A DNA stretch of 60,233 nucleotides from contig JBFMEU010000006.1 of NCBI GenBank assembly GCA_040753155.1, positions 1 to 60,233 on the forward strand, written 5' to 3'. Under the pieces are notes generated by a model, which worked only from the letters and a program-made list of their open reading frames with translations, searched no databases and was not told the DNA's origin. Position 1 is the stretch's first letter. Each line of letters begins with the position of its first letter. The position numbers were made by a program, and so were the translations under genes. Shown piece by piece: positions 1 to 9,775 of the stretch. This DNA is from Bacillota bacterium. GTDB taxonomy: Bacteria; Bacillota; Desulfotomaculia; Desulfotomaculales; JBFMEU01.

Positions 1-123
1 GAGACTTCATTCAGAGGGGGATTCAACCCCCTCTGAATGTTAGCCGAGTCCATACTGAACTAATCCGCCCTAAGACCCCCGCCGCCTACAGAGGCGGGGG
101 TCTTAGGGCGGATTAGTTCAGTG
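1..123 (-). mobile_element. Family A IS200/IS605-like non-autonomous element, copy A1 (cut by window edge)
   Basis: Near-identical to copies at 5392, 26197, 29430, 34537 and 60013; two hairpins; followed by ATAA (TTAT on minus strand). Confidence 0.8.
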
Positions 124-162
124 ATAACAGGGTTTTGGGGCAAGTTTTCAGGCAGCATAATC

Positions 163-217
163 GTAACTACTCAGGAGTCAGGAGTCAGGAGTCAGAATGA
201 GAAAACCAACGAAAACA
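163..217 (+). mobile_element. Family D element left part: GTAACTAC end, 3x TCAGGAG, start of four-helix-bundle gene (MRKPTKT)
   Basis: Same sequence as copies at 23731, 26933, 45393 and 55787. Confidence 0.75.
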
Positions 218-325
218 GGTGATAGTTGGCGCATCCCGGGAGATGTGGAGCACTGGGCGAATATTATAGAAGACTCGGTGGCTGTGGAAGTATTTGCCCC
301 GGTGCGGGAAGACTACCTTCCATAG
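218..325 (+). pseudogene. C-terminal remnant of a cupin-domain gene fused in frame to the family D ATG (197)
   Basis: Translates [35 protein letters not shown], resembling cupin_2 C-termini (G-x5-P-x3-H, FxPxREDY). Confidence 0.6.
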
Positions 326-345
326 AAGAAACCGGCAATGAAAAA

Positions 346-395
346 CCGGAAGGGGACAGGCAACTATTTTAAAATAGCTGTCTGTCCCCTTCCGG
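346..395. repeat. GGGGACAG-tagged REP-like palindrome (family E)
   Basis: ccggaaggggacaggcaactatttt/aaaatagctgtctgtcccttccgg; related copies at 10220 and 23865. Confidence 0.7.
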
Positions 396-587
396 ATCTT
401 ACGGAGTAAGTAAACGGAGTAAGTAACTAGTACATTTTGTTTGCGCGATCTGCTTTAATCTGGTTTGAGCCTCCAACCAAACCATTAAGCCAATAAAAAT
501 TTTAAATGCAAACAACAGTATTCGACAAAAATCCCAAAGGGATTTTTCTACATAAAGTCAAAATCTTTTATATGCTTCGCGGAGGAT

Positions 588-2708
588 GTGCATAAAATGG
601 AAGATTATTGTCTTGAAGGACGAAAGAATAAGAGCAAGGAGCATTTTGTAGACGAGTTGGTAGAAATAAGCCGGCAGGTTTCTGAATTAAAGGCCTTAGA
701 AAACAGGCGCGCGCAGGCTGAGCAGGCACTGGCCTATATTAAGGAGCGTGCTCTTTTTTTGAGCTGGGCCATGGAGAATTCACAGCCTATTTTTGCCGCC
801 TATCCTGACGGAAGAATAATTGCCTGTAATCGTGCTTTTTTAAGCCTGACGGGCTATATGAAAGAAGAATTAAACAAAATGACCTGGACGGAGGGACTCA
901 CGCCTCCGGAACTGCGGAGCCAGGTGGCGTTGGTTTTGGACGAGGTGCGACGCGCCAAACAACCGCAGCACTACCGGCAAGAGTACATCCGTAAGGATGG
1001 CATGCTGGTAGAGGTTGAACTGGTGACCAATCAGGCCTGTGATCTTAACGGCAGGTTCCGCTACTATTATTTTATTATAAAGGATAGTCAGCTCAAGCCG
1101 GTAAAAAATAAATTATTGGCTTACCAGCGGCAGGTTGCTGAATTCATTGAGCTTGTGCCCAGCGCCACGGCTGTAATCGGTGTGGATGGAACAGTGCTGG
1201 CCTGGAACAGGGCCATGGAAAAGATAACCGGGATCAGCAAGGGGCAAATCACCGGCAATAGTTATAGGGACTATGCCCGGTCATTTTATGGAAATACGGC
1301 GCCTGCCCTGACTGAACTGGTCTTAAATGGTAATGACGCAGCCCAGGCCGGCCAGGGGCAGGTGGAAAAACTAGGGCATATACTCTGGACAGATCTATTT
1401 ATACCATCTCTCTCCGCGGGCAGGGAAGCGTTTTTCAGAGTAGCGGTTACGCCGCTGTATGATGAAAGTGGAGAGCTTGCCGGAGTGGTTGAGTCTGTTT
1501 GCGATCTCAGTGGGCAAAAGCGGGTAGATGAGGACATAAGAAAGGGCTATGAGGAAATAAAAGAACTGTTTAGTGAGCACATAAATAAGCTGATCGCCGC
1601 CAATCTGCTGCTAGAGCAGGAAATCAAGGAGCGCAGGCTGGTTGAAGAGTCCGTGCGAAGGACTGAGCAGGAGCGGGAGTTATTTCTGGGCAGCATCTCC
1701 GAGCGCATCGTGTTTTACGACGCAAACATGCGGGTGCTTTGGGCCAACCGGGCGGCAGGTGAAGCCTTTGGTCAGGCCCCGGAGCAGTTGGTGGGCGCCC
1801 ACCACCATGACCTGGGGTGTTGTTCCGGCCTGGATTGCCCGCTGGAAAGGGCTCTTGAAACAGCCCGGCCTCAGGAAGGGAAAACCATCCTGGACGGCAG
1901 AGTGTGGGTTGTGCGGGGATACCCTGTTCAGGGTGTCAGCGGCAGGAACGGTGTTGTTGAGGTAGCCTTTGAAGTTGCCGGGGAGGCCGGCATCCAGAAA
2001 GATCTCAGGCTGGCCAGGGACTTTGAGCAGGAGATGGCCCGCCTGGACCGGCTAAACCTGGTGGGGGAAATGGCGGCTGGTATTGGCCATGAAATAAGAA
2101 ACCCTATGACCGTCGTGCGTGGCTTTCTTCAGTTCCTCAGCGGCAAAAGTGATGCTCATAAATACAAAGAGTACTATAATTTGATGATTGAGGAACTTGA
2201 CCGGGCCAACTCGGTAATTACCGAGTTTCTCTCCCTGGCCAAAAACAGGACTTTGAATTTGGCGGTCAAAAACCTTAACCTGATTATCAAGGCCGTCTAC
2301 CCCATGCTCAAAGCCGATGCAGCCATTAATGAAAAATACATTAAGCTGGACCTTAATGATATTCCGGATTTGCTTCTGGATGAAAAGGAAATTTGCCAGC
2401 TAATGCTTAAACTGGTTCGCAACGCCTTGGAAGCAATGCCTGCCGGCGGGAATGTTACCGTCAGGACGTTTTCCGCCGGTGATGATGTTGTGCTGTCAAT
2501 ACACGACCAGGGTAAAGGCATGGATAAAACTGCTTTGGAAAAACTGGGCACACCATTCTTCACCACCAAGGACTATGGCACCGGTCTGGGCCTGGCTGCC
2601 TGCTACAGTATTGCCAACCGGCACGGCGCCAGCATCGAGGTGGACACAGGCCCCGGAGGGACAACATTTTATGTAAGGTTCTGCAAAAATCAGGTTGAAG
2701 TTGGCTGA
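588..2708 (+). CDS. Multi-PAS sensor histidine kinase (cytoplasmic, orphan)
   Basis: PAS repeats; H-box GHEIRNPMT; G boxes DQGKGM, PFFTTK, GTGLGL. Confidence 0.9.
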   Translation: MHKMEDYCLEGRKNKSKEHFVDELVEISRQVSELKALENRRAQAEQALAYIKERALFLSWAMENSQPIFAAYPDGRIIACNRAFLSLTGYMKEELNKMTWTEGLTPPELRSQVALVLDEVRRAKQPQHYRQEYIRKDGMLVEVELVTNQACDLNGRFRYYYFIIKDSQLKPVKNKLLAYQRQVAEFIELVPSATAVIGVDGTVLAWNRAMEKITGISKGQITGNSYRDYARSFYGNTAPALTELVLNGNDAAQAGQGQVEKLGHILWTDLFIPSLSAGREAFFRVAVTPLYDESGELAGVVESVCDLSGQKRVDEDIRKGYEEIKELFSEHINKLIAANLLLEQEIKERRLVEESVRRTEQERELFLGSISERIVFYDANMRVLWANRAAGEAFGQAPEQLVGAHHHDLGCCSGLDCPLERALETARPQEGKTILDGRVWVVRGYPVQGVSGRNGVVEVAFEVAGEAGIQKDLRLARDFEQEMARLDRLNLVGEMAAGIGHEIRNPMTVVRGFLQFLSGKSDAHKYKEYYNLMIEELDRANSVITEFLSLAKNRTLNLAVKNLNLIIKAVYPMLKADAAINEKYIKLDLNDIPDLLLDEKEICQLMLKLVRNALEAMPAGGNVTVRTFSAGDDVVLSIHDQGKGMDKTALEKLGTPFFTTKDYGTGLGLAACYSIANRHGASIEVDTGPGGTTFYVRFCKNQVEVG

Positions 2709-2995
2709 ACATTGAACAGTTGAAAATGGTGGCAGCGGGAAGGCCTGAAGGGCGCCTTTCCCTAATTTTTGTCCGTTCCAGCAAATTAAGGTGTTAAATT
2801 ATAAAGGAACTGGTCTAAAGAAATTGAATGTAGGATATAGTAATTTATTATTTTTATTTTTTGTGATTTCCCGGATAACAACTTTCAAATAGTACCCCGT
2901 GATAACACCAGGGCGAATCAGCAGCCCGGAGCAATGCGTCATAGCTAACCACCTGGTTTTAGCATTTTTAGGGGGCACTACCTAGGGGGTTTTGT

Positions 2996-5380
2996 ATGGG
3001 TAGTGGCGGTAAAATAAGTGCCCATCCCGGGTGGGAGCAGCTAGAGCTGGATTTGGCAACTGGGGTAATCTACAATAAGCAGGGACAAAACCCTACGGGC
3101 CTGGTATCCGGCAAAAAGAGCGCTGACCTGTGGGGGAAGGCCCTGCTTGCAGATGTGGAAAACGTATACATGGACCCGGCAGAATTGCTCAGGGAAAGTG
3201 AAAACAGGTATCGCCTCCTGTTTGAAAACTCCGCTGATGGCATTTGTCTGATGACAGATATTATTTATGATTGCAACAGACAATTTTGTAAAATCCTGGC
3301 CAGCAGGCGAAAAGATGTTATCGGGCGCTCGCCGGCGGAACTATCTCCGGTACAACAGCCAAACGGGCGTAATTCGGCTGAATATGCCGCGCATCTAATT
3401 AAGGCCGCCCTTGCCGGCACCCCGCAGTATTTCTATTGGCAGCACCAGAGGAAAGACGGGGCGCTTATTGACACGGAAGTATCCCTAAATACTGTAGCCA
3501 TTGGGGGCCGGCAGTTCCTGCAGACAACGCTGCGGGATATTACCGGGCGCAAGCGGATGGAGGAGGCCTTGCGTAAGAGCGAGGTCAGGTACAGGGCACT
3601 GGCTGATTCCTTGCCGGAAGTGGTTTTTGAAATTGATATCAGCGGTCGTCTTGTCTATGTTAACAAAAATGCCTTCGAGTGTTTTGGCTATACCGAAGAA
3701 GATTTTGCCCAGGGTTTGCATACTATCCAAATGGTTATTCCCGGGGACCGGAACAGGGTCAGGCGAAACATTCAGCGGGTTTTCAAAGGGGAACACATGA
3801 TGGAAAACGAATATGTTGCCCTGCGCAAGGACGGCAGCACCTTTCCGGTAATAATTCACTGCTCACCTGTTCATCAGCATAACCGGCCTGTTGGTCTCAG
3901 GGGCATCCTTATTGATATAACAGAGCGTAAGAGGTCGGAAAGGGCGCTGCAGCAAGCCCTTGATGATCTTAAGGAAATGGAGTTTATCATTGATAAAAGC
4001 CCGGCCGTGGCCTTTTTGTGGCAGGCCTCGCCCGGCTGGCCCATAGAGTTTGTTACCAAAAACATCGGGCAATTCGGTTATGCCCGGGAGGAATTAACAT
4101 CAGGGCAAATTCCTTATACAAGTATAATCCATCCGTTAGATTTGGGCCGGGTAGTTGCTGAAATGGAGGAGTTTTCCGGGCATGAGGGGGCTAAGGACTT
4201 CGTTCGGGAGTACCGGATCTTGACCAGCGGCGGGGAAGTTCGCTGGGTTGATGAGCGGACCTGGATTCGCCGGGATCGGGAGGGCAGGATAACCCACTAT
4301 CAGGGCATAATTGTCGACATTACAGAGCGCAAGCGGGTTGAAGAGCGGCTGGTCTTCTACAGTATGCATGATCAGTTAACCGGCCTGTATAACCGGGCCT
4401 ACTTTGAACAGGAAATGCAGCGGCTGCAGAGTGGGCGGCAGAGGCCGGTTGGCCTGATCGTGTGTGATGCGGACGGCCTGAAATTTGTCAACGACACTCT
4501 GGGGCACGGTACCGGGGACAATCTGCTGGTGGCCGTGGCCGGGATACTAAGGCAATCCTTTCGGGAAGGTGACCTGATTGCCCGCATTGGGGGTGATGAG
4601 TTTGCCATCTTAGTAGCCGGCGGTGACAAGGAGGCCATGGAAAAGGCCTGCCTCAGGATCAAGAATAACGTAGACCGGTATAACGCCGGGCGCCCGGACC
4701 TGCCCGTCAGCATTTCCACCGGCTATGCCGTCGGTGAAGCGCCGGACCTGAACCTGCGGGACATTTTTAAAGAAGCTGATAACAATATGTACCGGGAAAA
4801 GTTGCACCGCAGTCAACATGCCCGCAGCGCCATTATCCAAACCTTGCTGAAAGCTCTGGAAGCCAGGGATTTTATTGCCGAGGGCCATACTGACCGGCTG
4901 CAGAAAATGGTTGCCGCCCTGGGTGCGGAGCTTGGCCTGTCTGAGAGCAGGATGAACGACCTGCGCCTGCTGGCCCAGTTTCACGATATCGGCAAAGTGG
5001 GCATCCCTGACCGGATCCTGTTAAAGCCGGGCTCCCTGACGGCGGAGGAATCTGCCGAAATGCAGCGGCACTGTGAAATCGGATACCGGATTGCCCTGTC
5101 GGTGCCGGACCTTATGCCTGTAGCAGACTGGATTCTAAAGCACCATGAGTGGTGGGACGGCAGCGGGCATCCCCTGGGTCTAAAGGGAGAAGAAATACCT
5201 TTAGAGTGCCGGATTTTGGCCATTGCCGATGCTTACGACGCCATGACCAGTGACCGCCCGTACCGCTATGCCCCGGGCCATGAATATGCTATGGCAGAGC
5301 TAAAAGAATTTGCAGGAAAACAATTTGATCCCTTACTGGTGAAAAGGTTTATCAAATTGTTGGAAGAAATATCGGCCTGA
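2996..5380 (+). CDS. PAS-PAS-PAS-GGDEF-HD-GYP c-di-GMP turnover protein
   Basis: HDQLTGLYNR, intact GGDEF, HDIGK, HHEWWDGSGHP (GYP variant), DAYDAM. Confidence 0.92.
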   Translation: MGSGGKISAHPGWEQLELDLATGVIYNKQGQNPTGLVSGKKSADLWGKALLADVENVYMDPAELLRESENRYRLLFENSADGICLMTDIIYDCNRQFCKILASRRKDVIGRSPAELSPVQQPNGRNSAEYAAHLIKAALAGTPQYFYWQHQRKDGALIDTEVSLNTVAIGGRQFLQTTLRDITGRKRMEEALRKSEVRYRALADSLPEVVFEIDISGRLVYVNKNAFECFGYTEEDFAQGLHTIQMVIPGDRNRVRRNIQRVFKGEHMMENEYVALRKDGSTFPVIIHCSPVHQHNRPVGLRGILIDITERKRSERALQQALDDLKEMEFIIDKSPAVAFLWQASPGWPIEFVTKNIGQFGYAREELTSGQIPYTSIIHPLDLGRVVAEMEEFSGHEGAKDFVREYRILTSGGEVRWVDERTWIRRDREGRITHYQGIIVDITERKRVEERLVFYSMHDQLTGLYNRAYFEQEMQRLQSGRQRPVGLIVCDADGLKFVNDTLGHGTGDNLLVAVAGILRQSFREGDLIARIGGDEFAILVAGGDKEAMEKACLRIKNNVDRYNAGRPDLPVSISTGYAVGEAPDLNLRDIFKEADNNMYREKLHRSQHARSAIIQTLLKALEARDFIAEGHTDRLQKMVAALGAELGLSESRMNDLRLLAQFHDIGKVGIPDRILLKPGSLTAEESAEMQRHCEIGYRIALSVPDLMPVADWILKHHEWWDGSGHPLGLKGEEIPLECRILAIADAYDAMTSDRPYRYAPGHEYAMAELKEFAGKQFDPLLVKRFIKLLEEISA

Positions 5381-5391
5381 CAGCAGCCAGG

Positions 5392-5520
5392 TTGAACGAG
5401 ACTTCATTCAGAGGGGGATTCAACCCCCTCTGAATGTTAGCCGAGTCCATACTGGACTTAACCGCCCTTTGAAACCCGCCGCCTACAGAGGCGGGGGTCT
5501 TAGGGCGGATTAGTTCAGTG
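5392..5520 (-). mobile_element. Family A element, copy A2 (129 bp)
   Basis: TTGAACGAG...TTCAGTG followed by ATAA. Confidence 0.85.
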
Positions 5521-5529
5521 ATAAAGTAC

Positions 5530-5592
5530 TTGCCTTGCGGTGGGAAAAAGAGTATTATGAAAATGTTAGCACTCACTATGCTAGAGTGCTAA
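5530..5592 (+). promoter_or_regulatory. sigmaA-type promoter plus CIRCE (HrcA operator) upstream of htpG
   Basis: TTGCCT-17-TATTAT (5530-5558); perfect TTAGCACTC-N9-GAGTGCTAA at 5566-5592. Confidence 0.9.
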
Positions 5593-5659
5593 CATTTTTG
5601 GTTATCGGTTTATATTACTGAATATATAAACTTATTTTAATGAGAAACGGGGGGTATAT

Positions 5660-7528
5660 ATGAATTCCGGCAATGAAGCAAAGGGGCGGCAAACCATGGA
5701 ATTTCAGGCGGAGGTAAAGCAGCTGCTGGATATTGTAATCAATTCCCTGTATACCGATCGGGAAATATTTTTACGGGAGCTGATTTCCAACTCTGCCGAC
5801 GCCCTGGAAAAGTACCGCTACGAAAGCCTGGTGAACAAGGACGTCGCCGATCCGGATCTGCCTTTGGAAATTAAGATTGAGGCGGATGAGAAGGAAGGCG
5901 CCCTGACCATTACCGATACGGGCATCGGCATGACCAGGGATGAGTTGGTGGGAAACCTGGGCACCATTGCCTACTCAGGGTCCAGGTCCTTTTTCCAGCA
6001 ACTGGGGGAGTCGGATAGGAAGGATCTTAATTTGATTGGCCAATTTGGGGTTGGCTTTTATGCCGCCTTCATGGTGGCCAAAAAAGTCAGGGTGCTGTCA
6101 AAATCATACCGGCCCGGGGCAGAAGGCTGCGTGTGGCAATCTGACGGCCTGGGCGGCTATACCGTTGAAGACGCCCCGGGACTCCGGCGGGGAACCCAAA
6201 TTATCCTGGAACTAAAGGATGATGCCAAAGAATTTGCCAACACAACCGTTTTAAAGCGGATCATCAAGCAGTATTCCAATTTTGTGCCTTTCCCGATTCT
6301 GGTGGAAGGGGAAAAAGTCAACACTGTCCAGGCTATCTGGACCCGAAGCAAGAATGAAATCAAGGATGAGGAGTATAATGAGTTTTACCGGTTTGTGGGC
6401 AATGCCTTTGATGAGCCCCTTTACCAGCTGCACTTCACCGCCGAGGCCCCCCTTTCCATCAACGCCCTGCTGTTTGTGCCGGGGGATAATTTTGAGCGTT
6501 TCGGCATGGGCCGGCTGGAGCCCGGGGTGCATCTGTACTGCCGGAAAGTATTAATCCAACAAAACGCCGAGGGGCTATTGCCCGACTGGCTGCGGTTCCT
6601 GAAGGGTGTTGTGGACAGTGAGGACATACCCCTTAATATCTCCCGTCAAACAATGCAGGACAGCGCCCTGGTATCGAAGCTGCGCCGGGTCATCACGGGC
6701 CGCTTCTTAAAATTCCTGGATGAGCAGGCCAGGGCGGACAAGGAAAAATACGCCCAATTCTGGAAGGCCTTCAGCGGGTTTCTAAAAGAGGGTGCGGCTG
6801 CCGATCCCGGCCACCGCAACGACCTTGCCAAGCTGCTGAGGTTTGAGTCCTCGGCCTCGGAAGCAGGGGAACTTGTGTCTCTGGAGGAATATGCCGGCCG
6901 GATGAAAGAGGGGCAGAAGTATATTTTCTACATTAATGGACCAGACCGCGGGATAATAGAATCCGGCCCTTACCTGGAGGCTTTCCGGGCCCGGGACATA
7001 GAGGTGCTGTACACCCATGAGCCCATTGACGATTTTGTGGTTACCCATTTAACCGAGTACAAGGATAAGAAGCTGGTTTCCGCCGACCAGGCGAATCTGG
7101 AGCTGCCCGGCGCCGGGGATGACCAGGAGCAGGGGCGGGACAGGCTGGACGCCGGGGCTGCCGCCTCCCTGGCCGCCTGGCTCAAGGAGACTCTGGGGGA
7201 TAAGGTTGGCGAGGTCAGGGAGTCCGCCCGCCTGGTGGATAGCCCGGCCATCCTGATCAACCTGGAGGAGGCCATGACCAGCAGCATGCAGCGGGTGATG
7301 CAGATGGTTAACCGGGACTTCAGTTTTGCCGGCCGCAAGGCCTTGGAAATCAACCCCCGGCACCCGCTGATTAAAGGGCTGGCCGCCTTGCGGGAAAAGG
7401 ACGGGGATTTTGCCAGGGCCGCCGCGGAGCAGCTTTTTGACAACGCCCTGATTGCTTCGGGCATGATTGTGGACCCCCGGGGCATGGTGGATCGGTTGTA
7501 CAAAATATTGGAGCGGGCGGTTAAATAG
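5660..7528 (+). CDS. htpG: Chaperone HtpG (Hsp90)
   Basis: EFQAEVKQLLDIVINSLY, FLRELISN, IGQFGVGFY, GVVDSEDIPLNISR. Confidence 0.97.
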   Translation: MNSGNEAKGRQTMEFQAEVKQLLDIVINSLYTDREIFLRELISNSADALEKYRYESLVNKDVADPDLPLEIKIEADEKEGALTITDTGIGMTRDELVGNLGTIAYSGSRSFFQQLGESDRKDLNLIGQFGVGFYAAFMVAKKVRVLSKSYRPGAEGCVWQSDGLGGYTVEDAPGLRRGTQIILELKDDAKEFANTTVLKRIIKQYSNFVPFPILVEGEKVNTVQAIWTRSKNEIKDEEYNEFYRFVGNAFDEPLYQLHFTAEAPLSINALLFVPGDNFERFGMGRLEPGVHLYCRKVLIQQNAEGLLPDWLRFLKGVVDSEDIPLNISRQTMQDSALVSKLRRVITGRFLKFLDEQARADKEKYAQFWKAFSGFLKEGAAADPGHRNDLAKLLRFESSASEAGELVSLEEYAGRMKEGQKYIFYINGPDRGIIESGPYLEAFRARDIEVLYTHEPIDDFVVTHLTEYKDKKLVSADQANLELPGAGDDQEQGRDRLDAGAAASLAAWLKETLGDKVGEVRESARLVDSPAILINLEEAMTSSMQRVMQMVNRDFSFAGRKALEINPRHPLIKGLAALREKDGDFARAAAEQLFDNALIASGMIVDPRGMVDRLYKILERAVK

Positions 7529-7535
7529 TATTTTT

Positions 7536-7595
7536 GCAACTTACTCGGGAGTCAGTAGTCAGGAGTCAGGAGTCAGAAGTCAGAAGTCAGGAGTC
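7536..7595 (+). repeat. Degenerate family D end plus TCAGGAG heptamer array, no ORF remnant
   Basis: gcaacttactcgggagtcagtagtcaggagtcaggagtcagaagtcagaagtcaggagtc. Confidence 0.7.
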
Positions 7596-7779
7596 GTAAC
7601 AGGGGATTTAGTCATTTTACGCCCTTAAATTAACATTTTATATGATAAAAATTTTTATTTTGGAGATTGCTTTTATTTTGCCCGGTTCATAGTTTGAATC
7701 AGAAGCATATACGGGACAACGAGGTCCCGCGGGACAAAGGGGTCCGCTGCATTATTGATCAAGGGAGGCTTTATATATA

Positions 7780-9624
7780 ATGTGCGGAATAACTGGCTGG
7801 ATCGACTGGGAAGTTGACCTTACCAGACAGCGCCCCGTCCTGGAAGCTATGACGGCAAGGTTGTCCCGTCGCGGGCCTGACGCGGCCGGGTTCCAGCTGT
7901 CCCCCCGGGCCGCCCTGGGCCACCGCCGCCTGGTTGTGGTGGACCCGGAAGGCGGCGCCCAGCCCATGACCAGGTACCGGGGCGGCAAGGCCTGCACCAT
8001 CACCTATAACGGCGAACTTTACAATACCCTGGAGTTGCGGCGGGAGCTGGAGTTGCGGGGTCATAAATTTATGACCCGCAATTCCGACACCGAGGTGCTC
8101 CTGGTTTCCTATCTCGAATGGGGCCCGGAGTGCCTCCAGCATCTGGATGGGATCTTCGCCTTTGGCATTTGGAGCGAGGAGGACCAGAGTCTGTTTCTGG
8201 CCAGGGACCGTCTGGGGGTAAAGCCGCTTTTTTACACCAGGCGCGGTTCGGCCCTAATGTTTGGTTCCGAGCTAAAGGCTCTGTTGGCCCACCCGGGGGT
8301 GCCGCCGGAGGTGGATGCCGGCGGCCTGGCTGAAATATTTGTCATGGGCCCCTCCCGCACACCCGGGCACGGGGTATTTAAGGGCATTTACGAGGTCAGG
8401 CCGGGACACTGCGCCCTGTATAACCGCGGCGGCCTGCGCCTGTGGCGGTACTGGTCCCTGGACAGCCGCCCCCATGAGGACGACCTGCCTGCTACGGCCC
8501 AGAAGGTGCGGGATTTGCTTAAGGATGCTGTGGAAAGGCAGTTGGTGGCGGATGTGCCGGTTTGCGCCTTCCTTTCCGGGGGCCTGGACTCCAGCGCCAT
8601 AACGGCAATTGCCTCCGGGGCCTTCCGGCAGGCGGGCCGGGAGCCCCTGCGCACCTATTCCATTGATTATGTTGAAAACGAGCGGTATTTCCGGCCTGAC
8701 CATTTCCAGCCCAACTCCGATACTGACTGGGTTGCGGTGGTATCCAAAGGTTTAGGCACCATACACCGGAATATTCTCATAGACACGCCCGAACTGGTTG
8801 ATGCCCTGACGCCGGCCTTAAGGGCCAACGACCTGCCGGGGATGGCGGATATTGACTCCTCCCTGTACCTGTTTTGCCGGGAGGTGAAAAAAGAGGCCAC
8901 CGTAGCCCTGTCGGGAGAATCAGCAGATGAAGTTTTTGGCGGCTATCCCTGGTTTTACGGCAACGGGGCCGGTGGAACCAACTTCCCCTGGGTGCGCCTG
9001 CTCCGGGAGAGGATGGGCCTGTTCTCACCGGCTTTGGTGGCCCAAATAAGGCCGGAGGAGTATGTGGCCCAGAGATACCGGGAGGCTTTGGAAGAGGCGC
9101 CCTGCTTGCCGGGGGAGGATGAGCAGGAGGCCCGGGCGCGTCAGTTGTTTTACCTGAATATAACAAGATTCATGCCCACCCTGCTGGACCGTAAGGACCG
9201 GATGAGTATGGGTGCAGGTTTGGAGGTGCGGGTTCCTTTTTGCGACCACCGCCTGGTGGAGTATGTGTGGAATATCCCCTGGTCACTAAAAACTTATAAC
9301 GGCCGGGAAAAGGGCATCCTGCGCCACGCCCTGGCCGGCCTGCTGCCATCCGGGGTGCTGGCCCGGCGTAAAAGCCCCTACCCCAAAACCCATCACCCGG
9401 CCTACCTGGCGGCCGTGCGCAACTGGCTCCTGCAAATCCTGGATGACCCGGGATCACCCCTGCTGCCGCTCATTGATGTTGAGGCTGTGCGCTCCCTGGC
9501 CCACTCGGGCGCTGTTGCTATGAGTATGCCCTGGTTCGGCCAGCTGATGAATCTGCCCCAGTTTTTTGCTTTCCTGGCCCAGGCGGACACCTGGCTCAGG
9601 GAGTATAAGGTTGTTATAAACTGA
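7780..9624 (+). CDS. asnB: Asparagine synthase (glutamine-hydrolysing), AsnO/AsnB type
   Basis: N-terminal MCGI, RRGPD, YNGELYN, LSGGLDSS, LSGESADEVFGGY. Confidence 0.95.
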   Translation: MCGITGWIDWEVDLTRQRPVLEAMTARLSRRGPDAAGFQLSPRAALGHRRLVVVDPEGGAQPMTRYRGGKACTITYNGELYNTLELRRELELRGHKFMTRNSDTEVLLVSYLEWGPECLQHLDGIFAFGIWSEEDQSLFLARDRLGVKPLFYTRRGSALMFGSELKALLAHPGVPPEVDAGGLAEIFVMGPSRTPGHGVFKGIYEVRPGHCALYNRGGLRLWRYWSLDSRPHEDDLPATAQKVRDLLKDAVERQLVADVPVCAFLSGGLDSSAITAIASGAFRQAGREPLRTYSIDYVENERYFRPDHFQPNSDTDWVAVVSKGLGTIHRNILIDTPELVDALTPALRANDLPGMADIDSSLYLFCREVKKEATVALSGESADEVFGGYPWFYGNGAGGTNFPWVRLLRERMGLFSPALVAQIRPEEYVAQRYREALEEAPCLPGEDEQEARARQLFYLNITRFMPTLLDRKDRMSMGAGLEVRVPFCDHRLVEYVWNIPWSLKTYNGREKGILRHALAGLLPSGVLARRKSPYPKTHHPAYLAAVRNWLLQILDDPGSPLLPLIDVEAVRSLAHSGAVAMSMPWFGQLMNLPQFFAFLAQADTWLREYKVVIN

Positions 9625-9742
9625 CATCCTCCCACGGCTAAAGCTCGTGGGGTTCCACGGGGCCGTGGTGCAAACGGTTTTCTAATTCGCGGTCACCCAG
9701 GTATACGGCCTGACGGAGGTTTGCGGCCCCCATTCCATGAAT
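9621..9742 (-). mobile_element. Orphan IS200/IS605-type right end with upstream structured segment (omegaRNA-like remnant)
   Basis: Minus strand ends GGAACCCCACGAGCTTTAGCCGTGGGAGGATGTCAG, the hairpin-plus-TCAN layout of IS608-type right ends; no tnpA or tnpB adjacent. Confidence 0.6.
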
Positions 9743-9775
9743 ATATACCAGGGATGTTGCAAAGTTAGCAAATAA

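Noticed and set aside
2890-2980. c-di-GMP riboswitch before the GGDEF/HD-GYP gene
   Set aside because: Some pairing is possible, but no class I or II consensus was recognised.
5352-5576. ORFs containing ITELIRPKTPAS...NEVSF (also 29245-29616, 59988-60200, 24456-24734)
   Set aside because: Incidental translations of family A repeats, with no RBS or protein motif.
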